A stretch of 64,000 nucleotides of DNA from Balanoglossus misakiensis (taxonomy: Eukaryota; Animalia; Hemichordata): assembly GCA_040954595.2 (NCBI GenBank), contig CM082593.2, positions 4,605,434 to 4,669,433 of the forward strand, read 5' to 3'. The notes beneath the pieces were generated by a model. It saw only the letters and a program-made list of their open reading frames with translations, did no database searches and was not told the origin of the DNA. A program made the position numbers and the translations under genes. Below are positions 24,099-37,132 of the stretch, one piece after another; positions within the stretch are counted from its first letter, which is position 1; each line of letters opens with the position of its first letter.

Positions 24099-25126
24099 TA
24101 TTATTATACATCTTACATCTCCGTTAGTTCTTGTGTTGCATGTTACTTGGCTTTCAAAACGCCCAAAATGCCGATACAATCGATCGAAAACCGCTCAGTT
24201 GACTCAGTGAGCAGCCATCTTTCTTTTTTGTTTACGTGTGCGCGCGCACGTGCATTGGAGTGGGGGCGCCTTGAAACCGTCCGCATAACAAGGCATACCT
24301 GTACACAGTGAGTTGGGGCGCCTTGAAACTTAAAGCTTATTTAACGCGCGTTCCGTACGTACCGTTCCCTACGGCTTTTTATTGCACGCCAAAATCTATT
24401 GTTCTCGGCACTAGATGTATAATAATTATTAGTCTGATTCAGGTATTCTGCTTTATGGAACTACTTAGCCTATGTACATTCATAGTGCAAGCCAGGCACC
24501 TGAGCAAGTTCCTGATCTTCAAAGACATAATCTGAGTATATTTGATTCTAATATTCTAATCCGATCAGCTTTTCTTGAGATAATGGCACTCACGCCGAGA
24601 CGCAGAGTCACCACCTCCAGCAATATGCTAACTGGTACGTGACTCTTCTCACAGACCGGCACCCGTCGCGATAGTTTTACCGCATGAACCCACAAATAGC
24701 GGTAAAAAAATTACTATATTCTCCCCAAGTGCAACAAATACTACTCACTGTGTTCACAATTTAATCGTATGGAATTATCCCAAAATAGTTTTAATCTAGT
24801 AAATTACTAGTAGTACCCTAAGGCTTGTCAATACCCCCAACCCATATGTGCAAGGAGATTATAACAAATAGGTACACAAGGCAGCACTTAAGTACTAACA
24901 GAGCTAAAACATATATCAGGCTTGTGAAACATCAACTGAAAGTGCAAAGATAGATTTTTACTTATAGATCTATAATCAAGGTAACCCTTTATCGAATTTT
25001 CAGACTGATAATTTGGAGATATAAAAACATTGCCAAATTGATATTGTAATATTTTAAAGTCAGATGTCGTATAGATAGTCTAAGAGTTTATTTGAATTAA
25101 ATGAGGTTATTGTGTCTTTTCTTCAG

Positions 25127-25516
25127 GTATCCGTGTGTGTCAGTATCTTCACGCTAACAGCCATCGGCATCGACCGCTACCACGCCGTAATACATCCCCT
25201 GCAGCGACGCCTGTCCAAGTCTCGGTCGGCCGTCATCTTGTCCACGCTGTGGGTCCTCGCCTTGGGCGTGGGCGTGGTCCAACTGGCCATCACGCGGACG
25301 TTCACGGCAGACTCGGGAACGGTGCAGTGCGGCGAGAGGTGGTCGAACCCCCGGGTGAGGTTGTTCTTCGAGTGTTTCCTGGTGTCCATCGTCTACGTCA
25401 TTCCCTCCATCGTGTTCTTCTACACCTACCGGGCGATAGCGTCGAAGCTGTGGAATAGGAGCGTGCCCGGCGACGATGCACTGAAGTCCAGGAACTCGGC
25501 GCGCAAGAAAATGAAG
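25127..25516 (+). CDS. Neuropeptide GPCR exon 2 (TM3-TM5, ICL3)
   Basis: Acceptor cttttcttcAG; VSVCVSIFTLTAIGIDRY, ECL2 C-G-E-R-W, TM5 YVIP..F.Y; ends at AAG|GCAAGT (GC donor). Confidence 0.92.
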
Positions 25517-25535
25517 GCAAGTCGCAAAATTCTTT

Positions 25536-25648
25536 CGGTTCGGTTCAATCCAATCCAATTCAATCACATTACATCACATCACATCACATCACATCACGTC
25601 ACTATCCAGTCCAATCCAGTAGAAAACAACTCAACTCAACTCAACTCA
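25536..25648. repeat. Compound pentanucleotide microsatellite (CAATC/CACAT/AACTC)n at the start of GPCR intron 2
   Basis: Read directly. Confidence 0.85.
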
Positions 25649-28600
25649 AAAGCTTGTATTATTCCAATAATTATATACCAAACGACCAATGAGTCAAACT
25701 GGCCAGCCTGCATTCTAACTTTATAATTCAGCGACACTTAAATGGTTTTGAGTAAGTTGCTGATTAAAACACAGACGTTTTAATTCAACTTTCTAGACAA
25801 TATACCCTCAGCGTATAAAAGAATCCCGATTTTCAGCCGAGTTTATCTTCGCAATTCTCTATCTATAATTTTTGATATTTCAAACGCGTAGGCTTTCATC
25901 GGGTTTCGGTTACCATAGTTTCGGGGCAAGGTTTTCATTTCCCGGGGGCCACGAATATCACTTAAAAATTGTATAGCTCCAGATGAGAACTGTTCTATAT
26001 CTTTGCAGATGGCAATTTTTATAATTATAATCCTATTTCTGGGTCCTGCTACTTTATACTGAATTGTTCATGATGGTCTATCGTTTTTTTCCTGGGGTGA
26101 CTTTAGGTCGTAGACAGATACTTCCAATCCTAGTACGCCTAATGTATTACTTATGTCCTTCATTCACATGTATAACATCTCTACAAAGGCTTTGCCAACT
26201 GCTTTTAAATATAGTGTCGGGTAACCAAAATTTGTTCAGATTTTGATGACATATACACAATTATATTCGCGAGAAGATATTTGCTACTTTCGGTCAAAAC
26301 TTCAATCTCGTAGACAGCTGGTCCGATTGTTCTTATGTGTGTTTTTTTTTTACCGGCCCGGGGATTAATTGTGTACAAATTATGATGAACATAACAATGT
26401 CTTGTTTACGTTCAATAAACGACTGAGCTTCGGTTCTTGGGGTCTGATCAGAATGGGCACGCAGCCTTTTATACCACCTTCCAGGTGCATTGCTGTACAT
26501 ATTTTCTACAATAATTTATTCAGAATGATTGTCCACTGTTCTCCACTGTCTATTGTTTTGTTTCTCCCCTAATTATCACCTCCGAATTATTCATGAAGAC
26601 CAAGTCAGTGCAGAGATTATGTAATCCAGGGCTGGTGAATTGTCCATGCGCAGTTATTCACACTGGTTGTGTGTCATCGCAGAGTTCATTTTGTCAAAGC
26701 CGTTAGTTGCTAAGATGTGTAACTGACTGTCTAACCACCTCAGACAAGTAGGCGTGCAGCAAATCCTAACTAACCTTTAACCACCACACAAAAACAACAC
26801 TGGACACACAAGACAACACTATAGACACTTTTTGACACATGGCCTGTGAAATTGGCTAGATCAGGGTTGCGTGCACACGACCAAAGTCAGACCAGACGGC
26901 GCGGGGATCTGGGGATGTACATGTATACACGGTGTACTTTGTGATTGTATCGTGTACTGACAAATAACACGGGACTCTCTATAGCCATGCCCTCTCGGCA
27001 CTGGATACAGGCCTGTACGGCATCCTATGTTACAGCAAGGATTGTCTCTGCTGACTATACCTGCGCCACATCAGGAACGTGCCTGCAGGACACGTCACTG
27101 GGACGACAAATCTAATTTGCGTTGTAGTGCGGGGGGGGGGGGGGAACACCTGGACGTATATCACTATTCATCCGCTCATGAAAGGTGTAATACAATCGTA
27201 TACCGTGTGTCGTCGGTACGTGTCTACTCGGCAGTGTCTCAAAGCAATGTATCATCCCGCGCCGATAAAATGGTTTACACACCGCATAATAACGTTAACA
27301 ACGACCGCAGAGATTCCCAGAGGTGTAATGAACGTATAATTTCCAGGTCCCTGCTGGATCCTGATACAATATACATGCGAGCTGCGTTGTATTGGCAGGA
27401 TGTTGATCCACCATGCGTGAAATCAATCTTCCTATGTAACGTGCTACCCAATCTGACTAAAATCAGATGTAGGGTGCGGCGACATCTTTAATTACGCGGC
27501 ACGGTATTCTTAGACAGCATAAGAATACCGTACGGCGTAGCGCGTAAGTAAAATACAACAGATCGTTAACTTCTATTGTCCATCAATTTTATTGAACACA
27601 ATACCAGCTCATATTCGATCAGTTTGAGACTTATTTTTTCATGGAATCTTGCTTCATTGTAAAGAGCCGGTGGACATTACTGATGGTTGCTAGACACTAT
27701 ATAAATGTTCTATCATATCCTATAATACTATAACGAGACAGTAGTTGAACTCTATACGTGTATACCAGGCGCCCTCCGTCTGCACTGCTGTCGGCAATGA
27801 TGGTGAAATTAGTCTCAAGTCGGCATAGATCAGTCAATGCTGTGTCTAATCGATTGTAGCTATATAACAGACGACCTAGCTTAAAAATCCGCTATTATCA
27901 GACAAAAACTGGTCCGTCGAAACACTTTTGTTGGCGATCGATGGCTGAACAGGACTCTAAGGTCGATTTCCAAGACGTTATGACTGACTATCATGGGTTT
28001 CAGTTGGCTCATGTATACCTTGGCATAAAAGGTTGCAGCTTTACAATGGGTGTGTATTGACAACCACAATACGTACTGATTTACCCGGGGGTTAGATTTC
28101 CTGACCAATTCAACGATAAAGACATATAAACTACCATGCATGGTGAATATAGCTGGCAATGCAGATACTTTCTAAGATCTTTCCCTGTATTATTCAACGA
28201 CATAATTTTAACAAGCGAGAAGTAACAACGTGTTCTCAACGTTTACAGACTCTTGTACATAAATTGATGCGGCAACGCATTACCCGAGAACGAATGAGGC
28301 CCTCTTCTCCGAAATAACAATGAAAAATTGACTACGTGTGAAAATGGTTGCCATGGAAATGCGACTGTAAAATTGAGGGGATTGACTAACTTCGGAAGAT
28401 AGTAATTGGTTTAATAGACCTTATGCCGAATGTAGGTTCTTTTACATAGTTCCTCGAATATGCTGGAACGTACATGTATACGTGGACATGTCAACTTTAA
28501 TAATGAAAAGAGAAGTTTCGATGGCCGGGCGCGATTCCACTAAGACATGTTTCCTAGAATAATCTAGAAATTTTCTCGTTACTCCCCATGGTATAGCTTT

Positions 28601-31600
28601 CTGTGGTAAAATATCTGAACTACTCTATAAAATCAAGTATTAGTGTTTTCTTTATGCCATAATGTTACGCTAGCCTTGTTCACACTTTGTGACAGTTTCA
28701 AGAAAATGACAATATTACAACTTACAGCGTTTTTGTTGAAAATCTACATATAAGGCTATGGAATGTGATTCACATACAATGCTTTTTTGGTAGTCGCATA
28801 CCTTTATAGACGAAGTTGTGTACCTGACTAAGCTTTCCGCTCCCGCCAAAAGGGTGTAGGTCGCAGAAAAGCATGCGATTCCTTAACAACCACACTTCCA
28901 ATCGACGTCACACTAGAAGACTGCATAGGCGGAAAAGACAGACTGATTAAAACAAAGTTTTGTCACGTTTTGATCTTCAGGCAGGAGACTTCGTGAAATT
29001 ATTTAAAAAAAAACAGCAGGCAAGGTAGTTATCGGTACATAGGAAATATGCCATTTTAAAAAGTCTCCTCATATGTTGAGGGGCAGAACCATGGAGGATA
29101 TCGAATGCCAGTGTACATACACTTAACACGATTTTTATTTTCGCGGGCGATGAAATCCGATTTGCAGAAAGCTACCACTAGCATACTTTAGTACCATTAT
29201 AGCTTACTCCACGCGTGAACAAGAACTGGTGTATAGTAAGATCATAAAACTTAACTCCCTTCAGCACAAAAAGAAGCATAAATATCAATGAACTTAAACT
29301 AGAAACTTCAGCAGTGTGGCTACAAGACTTAGTAATCCATTATAGCACTGACTATAATTATCCTGCTTAGTGAAAGGTGAAATGAGATCGCTCCAGGTGT
29401 GAAAGTTCCACATCTCCGGAAAAGATTCGCTACCTTGATCTCTCGCCTACACGCTGCCGCCAGTACCGCGTGTAGGCGGTAAAGGGCATTGGATTTCTTT
29501 GCATTTCCTCCTATCCCGTCGTAATGGACTAAACTCATAAGCTGTTTACGATTCGACCTTTATATGAGGCGTTTTGAAACCAGATGTGAAGCACATTCGA
29601 CAGAACAAACATTGTAAAACTAGCGATCGGGAAAAGACAGCACATATGGTGAAAAAAATGGACAAAACTAAAGTCGTCTCATACGGTGCACATGAAATAT
29701 GGAAGGAAGCGAAGGCAGTCCACTATTTGAATGCGTAGGGTCTATGGTCGAACGCAACAATTACAGAACATTTGGATTCGACGTAGTGTTTGTACACACG
29801 AAATTACGCACATGCGCACAAGACGATCGTCGCCCTTAAAGCGATCGTCAACGATATCTGTATGCCGTCATCGTCATCTCAATGTACTGCTTTTACAGTC
29901 TCGTTAAACGAGTCAGTACCTAGATCACACGAACATCAGCTAGTTTCTGATCCATTATCGCTCATGACTTTCATGACGTGAATGCACAACGGTGCAAGTG
30001 TCCTGTACTGATATTAATTCTCACTATCTTAAATATGTTTTGCTACCTAGGTGAGTGATGAAAATCTCATATGGCTGACGCAATTTCAAGATGGCGTATT
30101 GTGCCATGTTTAAAAAATAGTCCAAGTTATTTCAACCTACTGTTGATTTTGTGCTTCTGTACATGTACTATCACACTGTAGGTAGGCCGAAAACGTCTGT
30201 ATACTAGTAGTTGCATTAATTCTTCGCTAGACAACACCGTTACAAAACAGGCACTACTGTTGAGGACAAGTCCCCAATAGGCATGTGGGGACAGGGTTGG
30301 ACATTAAATATTAAACGTACGTGCCGTACGACAGTACTTCAGCGAACGCGGTGGGGGGGGGGGGGATAGTGCATGCATGACATCGTCCAGCCAGTCAACC
30401 GAGGGAGACGGCTTAATCGATGAACGGTTAACCGCAGGATGTGTAACGAATATTCATACTTCACATGATGATGCGATAAATTATAGAATATGTCGACAAT
30501 GAAGAAAATCCATCTTGGCTACATCCATTGGGGTGTTCCCACAAATTTCGTCCCCGAAAGCATTTTTTTTAAAAATAGGATCTTACGCAGCTGTAAGCTG
30601 GGAGATGTATTACATGACATTGCATGAACTCCGGTCCCTTGCAGATTACAGTACGGCGACATTTTCTCATTTCGCAGCAATTATAAGCGACTCAATCAGT
30701 ACTGGCAATTTCCTGCATCACGCAGGATGAATGCATGCATCTTGTTTATTTTATTCAGAATCGATTTTTCTTCATTTTGAGTTTGAACCAAATCTCAGCC
30801 TTAGGAGGTGACGGGAGTTCCAACGAGAATACTGTCATCTGTAACGCTTTCCAGTAGAACGACGAAATCGCTTTGTTATTTGTACACAAACATCGTTGCC
30901 TAGTAATACATGAAAAAACTTGCGCAAAATCCTCTAACTTGCGCAATCATTAAGTCTTACAGTTTCCGCGCTTCCGAAAATGCGCGTTTTCTGATTAGTC
31001 GTCCAACCATACACACAAAAGTGCACTAACGCTTGTATGGCCTGAAGTGTCTGACATTCAAATCCTATACCAAAATTAATTTTTTTTTTCATTCCTTCTG
31101 CTAAGGCAATTCTTATTCCATGGAGAATGCACGCACACTTAGAGAACGAAAGTCGGGCTTGATGGAACGGATACTCTTGAGAATAAATGTGTATTGATAA
31201 TCGATGGAAATAGAGGACGTATCATCGACAAATAATTTACACATCCGGTGAACCGTTACCGAATATGAATAGAGAGGCCGTGCCGCAAATCTCACCGTTC
31301 CATTAGACGACCGCGCAACCAATTGAAACTTGGATGAAAAGATGACGTAACGCGCTGGTTGTACAATCACATCTCATATTTCCATGACCCGAAAGTCGCT
31401 GTCATATGAAAAGGTATGTCTATAAAATTCAGGCAAAGCGCAACTGATAATAAAAAACCAACACGTACAAGGAAAGAAAGTTAATCAAATAAAAAAATAT
31501 GTACTCGTGGTGAAAGATAAACAAGCATATTATAGTTCCATTAAAGTTGATGCTCCAACAACAGAGAAATTGCTACATGTTTTTTTTATGACATCCCGAC

Positions 31601-34085
31601 GTAACTACAGCAACATCCACGGATGCAATTCTCAGCTATCGGTTAAATCTGTTCAGCATGCAGCTGTACGCCTCGTAATACGTACTATGATGAATGTTTA
31701 ATACGTCTCTCCAACCTCAAATCACAATAAATAATTAAATCTCTCCAGTTCCTAGAACTCGCCACTCTAAAGATGATTGGCGAATGCCAAGGTGTACCTG
31801 TTCTGAAAACATTGAACTTTTAACTCCACAACATTGGGGGCTGATTATATCGTTCAGGAGATGACAGTTGAACATACAGCAAGGCAATTAGTCTTCGGTG
31901 CTCTGGGACGTACGCAAGCGTATATTCCCGGGGGCAAGTCTGTTGCTATAAATTGCCACTCACGGTCCGAAAATGCTTTAAAACACTCAGCTGTGTCTAC
32001 ATTACAAAAAAACGATTGAAACGCAAGACGAACATAACCACATTAAGCACGCCTGGAACGTTAACTGGCACTTGATTTGTCAAAACAATGACAAAAATCA
32101 TTTTGATAGTTGTGGAATTGTGACAATTATAAGCAATCGCGGAGAGCCATATTTGTTCATATTTGGTGTGAAACTTAATTAGTACCTCTTTACGCGAGCG
32201 ACACTGAAATTGATAGTAAGATTAACATTATTCAGAATTCGATAATCGAACAAAGAATTTCAAAAGCATTAGCCTACATTAGCGTGTGTTTTAGACGTTT
32301 GTATATGAGATGCAGTCGGTTCCACCAATCGAATTTTTGGACCTAAAGTGCAGTGGCTTTGTGGATATCCTGCTATGGTTCATATTACCTGATTACATTA
32401 AAGCCCCAAGAGCTGCCGATTTTTATTGTTTTTTCATGATTTTACTTTAGCACTCTAAATGTTCCATTTAAGTGAATTAATAGTGGCGACTGAGGATAAT
32501 GAAAAAAATGAAATCTATGGCAAGGTGGCAGCTATTGGAGAGTTAACATGGACACACGATTCGCGATTCTTAAACATGATACCACGAAGCTCATACAGTA
32601 TTCATCATTTCCATATCTGGCGAGGAATTTTCACTTGAGGCGAAATATTCTGTAGAGAATCCTGTGAGACGTTTAGGTGGGTTCTCCGTGTGATAAAAAT
32701 CACGTCGTGGCTTGGTAGTTACTCAAGAGTCGGCCTTTAGCATTTTTCAAATGCGAATGTTTAAATGCCAGATTCTGCGTGTTGCTCTCCCGCCTTCAAA
32801 ATATTTCATCTCGACAGGAAGACTGACATTTGGAATCGCCAGCTATCGCGAAACTATTTGTCGGGCACAGTTAGATTCATCGCGGGTTTCCTTCTCCTGA
32901 CCAGTCGTTTATCGATTTTGGTGTTGTGGGTGAGACGTGGGACGAACGGAATCACGACCTCTGACCCGAAGAACAACTCACAACCCCGTGGGAAATGGTC
33001 CACTTCCCCTGACAACTTTGAGTGGCGGGAAAACCTCCCGTGGAGAACAGAACACTCGATCAATTACAACGTGAGAGATAAATCTGCTACCTGAGACGAG
33101 GAAATATAACCCAAGTCGATCATACACAGTGTGTTATAGGATTAGACCCGTCACGTTTTAACAATGGTATATGGAATATTATGTTCCCCGTTATGGAATA
33201 TTATGTTCCCCTTTATTTGCACATGAACGCGTAATGTTGAATGTACTGAGGTGTAGGCGTAAATATTACTCTTATACCAGTAAAATAAAATAAAATGGCT
33301 CTTGCTTTCCGTCCGATTTTTCCCCGATCATTGAATTTCTGAATTGCCAGCAAACAGCACGGAAGTGATACACGCACTTCATTTTCTGCAGTCAAAAGGG
33401 AATGGAATAATTGCTTGCATGTGCTCAAGTGGTTGATGTAATGAGGGCTTGGAATATGAAACTGCACGATTCCGTTGGAGACGAGATGGAGACGAGATGC
33501 AATCGGCAGACAGCGGTGTTGAAGAAGCCAGAGGCGCTTCCCGCGATCATAATCCAATTAGTTCCTTCTTCGATGCCAAGAGCTGCTTCCACATCGCTAA
33601 GAAGTACTCTACAAAATTTCAATAAATGACTTTTCTGGCCTTGTGCTTTTTCACGTCGTTGTCTACAACAGAACGTATTGCAAGTTTTCAAGGTACTAGT
33701 ACGCATGAGATTGCCTGTATTTTACTCGAACTTGAAGTGCTTGCATTCCAGTCAAATGATTAATTATCGGCGATATTTCCACAGCTACACTATTCAGATC
33801 CCAGTACGTTCATTTGGTTTCAACAAACGTATTCAAAGTCAATATTCATGAGCCCTTGGTGTGATTTGAGTGTCTCGAAAGCAAGCGATAGTTGACAATT
33901 TCCGAACTGAGCGTTTTTCAGGCGATTAACGCAAAGCCTTATTGCTCATAGACATCTGATTTATTCGACACACTAAACATTAAACCATTTGGTTGACTAA
34001 CGTATGCTGCAACTCACTGTAAGCATTGTAGGTTAATCACGAGAATTCACGATTAACGAAAGAATGTAGATAAACTTCTTTAAAG

Positions 34086-34115
<30 letters not shown>
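34086..34115. repeat. (GTCT)n microsatellite
   Basis: Read directly. Confidence 0.9.
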
Positions 34116-34116
<1 letters not shown>

Positions 34117-34603
34117 ATTTTATGTTCCGTCTAATTCTGAGCTTAACTGCACCCCTGATCGTAAACATGCTATACAGTTGCATTCATGCAAACTGTTCTG
34201 CGTGCTTGGCCGGTTTCAAGTGTTACACGGTCGATGTACCACGAAAGATCGAAATAAAGATTAGAAAATCAAGACAAAATTACTTGCCTCTATTAGAAAG
34301 CCAAAGGTAGTGTAGGCCTGTTCTATCGCAACAACTTAAATTGACGCTGGACAATGATACAGGTAATGTTCACGGGAGATGCTCATACGTGTGGCCAAGA
34401 ATATCCCCAAAACATCTTTCATGAACTTGCTTTGGTATTGTTACACATAAGACAAGTATTTTGTCGAGTACTCTTAACTTTAAAGGGAAAGGGTCGTCTG
34501 AACTGCACATGCGCGGATTTTAAAGTTATTTATTATTAATATTAGAGACCCTCTATGTAAATTTTCATGGTTTATTCATTTTCGTGTATTCTTTTTTCAT
34601 CAG

Positions 34604-34807
34604 GTTATCAGAATGGTGGTCGTCTTTGTCCTGGTTTTTTTCCTTTGTTGGCTGCCTCTGAACGTCTTCAATATTGTCACCCACCTACTATCCAGCCGAA
34701 CCGACGAAGGGACTATACTGATCATCTATGTGGCGTGCCACTGGATTGCCATGGTAAACAGTTGTCTTAATCCCATTATCTACACATTCCTTCAGGACGA
34801 ATTTAAG
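34604..34807 (+). CDS. Neuropeptide GPCR exon 3 (TM6-TM7)
   Basis: Acceptor ttttttcatcAG; VIRMVVVFVLVFFLCWLP...HWIAMVNSCLNPIIY..FK; donor AAG|GTAAAT, phase 0. Confidence 0.93.
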
Positions 34808-35395
34808 GTAAATGCCAATCTTGTCAAGTTTCATTATCACGGGATTTTTATATCTAATCTCGATTTCTGCTTTCCTTACACGGAGCACGCACTGTACGCT
34901 TCTTTTAAACGGACATGTTAAACGGCGTGGAAGTGTGACGTACGTGTGACGTCGGTCGTTAGGGTCTTGGAACTCAGTGCCCACGGAAGCTTTCTGTAAA
35001 ACGAATCTCTCACGGAAGCAGTGATAAGGAAAATTGAAAGTTTTGTTATCTCTTTTAATTGTGGATTGTTGGATTTCGTCAGTATTTGAAGAAAACTGCT
35101 GAGTCGGCATTTTTCACCAATGGTTTGTCTATTGGCAAAAAGTTTAGCGAAGTTTATCTCAAAATAGAGCGCGGTGACCATAGTTTTTAGTTGGCCGATG
35201 ATTTTTTTATTTGACTGAGCTTCGTTTAAAATTTCATGATATTAATGACAATAGTAAAAGAGAGTTTTATAGCCGTTAACAAAGACGAATGCGCACACAT
35301 TTGCGAAGTTTCCAGTTTATGTTCTGCTCGTACTAATGCTACATTTTATTGTCAAAAAACAATATAGCAAAAGCCCTCACAATTTGTCTACGCAG

Positions 35396-35571
35396 GCTGA
35401 TGTACGTGACTTCTGTACCAACTATAGAAGATTTCGGATGCGGATGAGGAGACACCTAGGCAACAACAGCCAGTTTGTTTTCAGGAGCTCCACATCACAG
35501 AGTGTCCTGTCGACAACTGCGACTCTGGGAACGCATGCCAGCAGAGCGAGCGCTGACAAGACGTGTGAGAG
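35396..35571 (+). CDS. Neuropeptide GPCR exon 4 (helix 8 and Ser/Thr-rich tail)
   Basis: Acceptor ctacgcAG; in frame ADVRDFC...SSTSQSVLSTT; donor AG|GTCAGT (phase 2) just before the TTCA repeat. Confidence 0.75.
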
Positions 35572-35587
35572 GTCAGTGGGCACGGGG

Positions 35588-35974
35588 CATTCATTCATTC
35601 ATTCATTCATTCATTCATTCATTCATTCATTCATTCATTCATTCATTCATTCATTCATTCATTCGTTCATTCATTCATTCATTCATTCATTCATTCGTTC
35701 ATTCATTCATTCATTCGTTCATTCATTCATTCATTCATTCATTCATTCATTCGTTCGTTCATTCATTCATTCATTCATTCATTCGTTCATTCATTCATTC
35801 GTTCATTCATTCATTCATTCATTCATTCATTCATTCGTTCATTCATTCATTCGTTCATTCATTCGTTCGTTCATTCATTCATTCATTCATTCATTCATTC
35901 ATTCATTCATTCATTCGTTCATTCATTCATTCGTTCATTCATTCATTCATTCATTCATTCATTCATTCATTCAT
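35588..35974. repeat. (TTCA)n microsatellite with interspersed TTCG variants, in GPCR intron 4
   Basis: ~387 bp of CATT/CGTT repeats. Confidence 0.98.
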
Positions 35975-36126
35975 CGCATAGGCTTATCAACACATTTTGA
36001 AGTAATCGCTATACACCTACACATAATAATTATATTCTAAAAGCTTATAGGGGCCTGATACACATGTATGTTCTCTTATATCATTGCAATCGCTAAATTA
36101 TTTGACTTTTTTTTCTTCTTCTTCAG

Positions 36127-36160
36127 TGCAATCTTGAAGAATCGCAAGATCAGTGATTAA
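36127..36160 (+). CDS. Neuropeptide GPCR terminal coding exon (S-AILKNRKISD*; total ~428 aa)
   Basis: Strong polypyrimidine acceptor tttttttcttcttcttcAG ending 36126; phase-2 join; TAA at 36158-36160. Confidence 0.6.
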
Positions 36161-36423
36161 AGAAGATCCTTTACAACTAACGTACACACAACGACGATCT
36201 CTCAGCGCTTCACCTGCTGTACATTGCTTGACCGAGTATTCCCGTGTACAGGCCTAGATGCCTGGTCCCTTGGTACTGTCTCGATCATTTCAATGCCACG
36301 TGAACGGAAGTGTGTGAAAGGTGACAGGTGAACGATAGCCACAGGGGAAGGAAGCACAGCATTGCCGTCAACACGTAGACGTCAAAATGTAACCTGAAAC
36401 ATATTACTCAATTTAAGTACAGA

Positions 36424-37132
36424 GCAACAACATGGCTCCTTAGCTTCTCCGTCAAACAGCTAACCAAGCAAACAACATGGCTCCTTAGCTTCTCCGTCCA
36501 ACAGCTAACCAACCAACCAAGCAAACAACATGGCTCCTTAGCTTCTCCGTCAAACAGCTAACCAAGCAAACAACATGGCTCCTTAGCTTCTCCGTCAAAC
36601 AGCTAACCAACCAACCAAGCAAACAACATGGCTCCTTAGCTTCTCCGTCAAACAGCTAACCAAGCAAACAACATGGCTCCTTAGCTTCTCCGTCAAACAG
36701 CTAACCAAGCAAACAACATGGCTCCTTAGCTTCTCCGTCAAACAGCTAACCAAGCAAACAACATGGCTCCTTAGCTTCTCCGTCAAACAGCTAACCAAGC
36801 AAACAACATGGCTCCTTAGCTTCTCCGTCAAACAGCTAACCAAGCAAACAACACGGCTCCTTAGCTTCTCCGTCAAACAGCTAACCAAGCAAACAACATG
36901 GCTCCTTAGCTTCTCCATCAAACAGCTAACCAAGCAAACAACATGGCTCCTTAGCTTCTCCGTCAAACAGCTAGCCAACCAACCAAGCAAACAACATGGC
37001 TCCTTAGCTTCTCCGTCAAACAGCTTACCAACCAACCAAGCAAACAACATGGCTCCTTAGCTTCTCCGTCAAACAGCTAGCCAACCAACCTACCAACCAA
37101 CAAGCCTACCAACCAACCAACCAACCAACCAA
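36424..37132. repeat. 45-bp minisatellite (14 copies, some 53-bp variants) ending in (AACC)n
   Basis: aacaacatggctccttagcttctccgtcaaacagctaaccaagca at period 45 (36631, 36676, 36721...). Confidence 0.97.

Noticed and set aside
32880-33700. Protein-like patches (IDFGVVGETW, reminiscent of a LINE endonuclease motif; ORFs 33213-33706)
   Set aside because: Stop codon follows within a few residues and no further EN/RT motifs are recognisable; cannot be supported without a search.
35336-36040. 234-aa ORF with (FIHS)n as a GPCR C-terminal extension
   Set aside because: The TTCA microsatellite is stop-free on this strand; a good donor (35572) and a strong acceptor (36126) flank it, so it is intronic.
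36595-37050. 151-aa ORF with 15-aa Cys-containing repeats
   Set aside because: Translation of the 45-bp minisatellite; the 53-bp variants break the frame.
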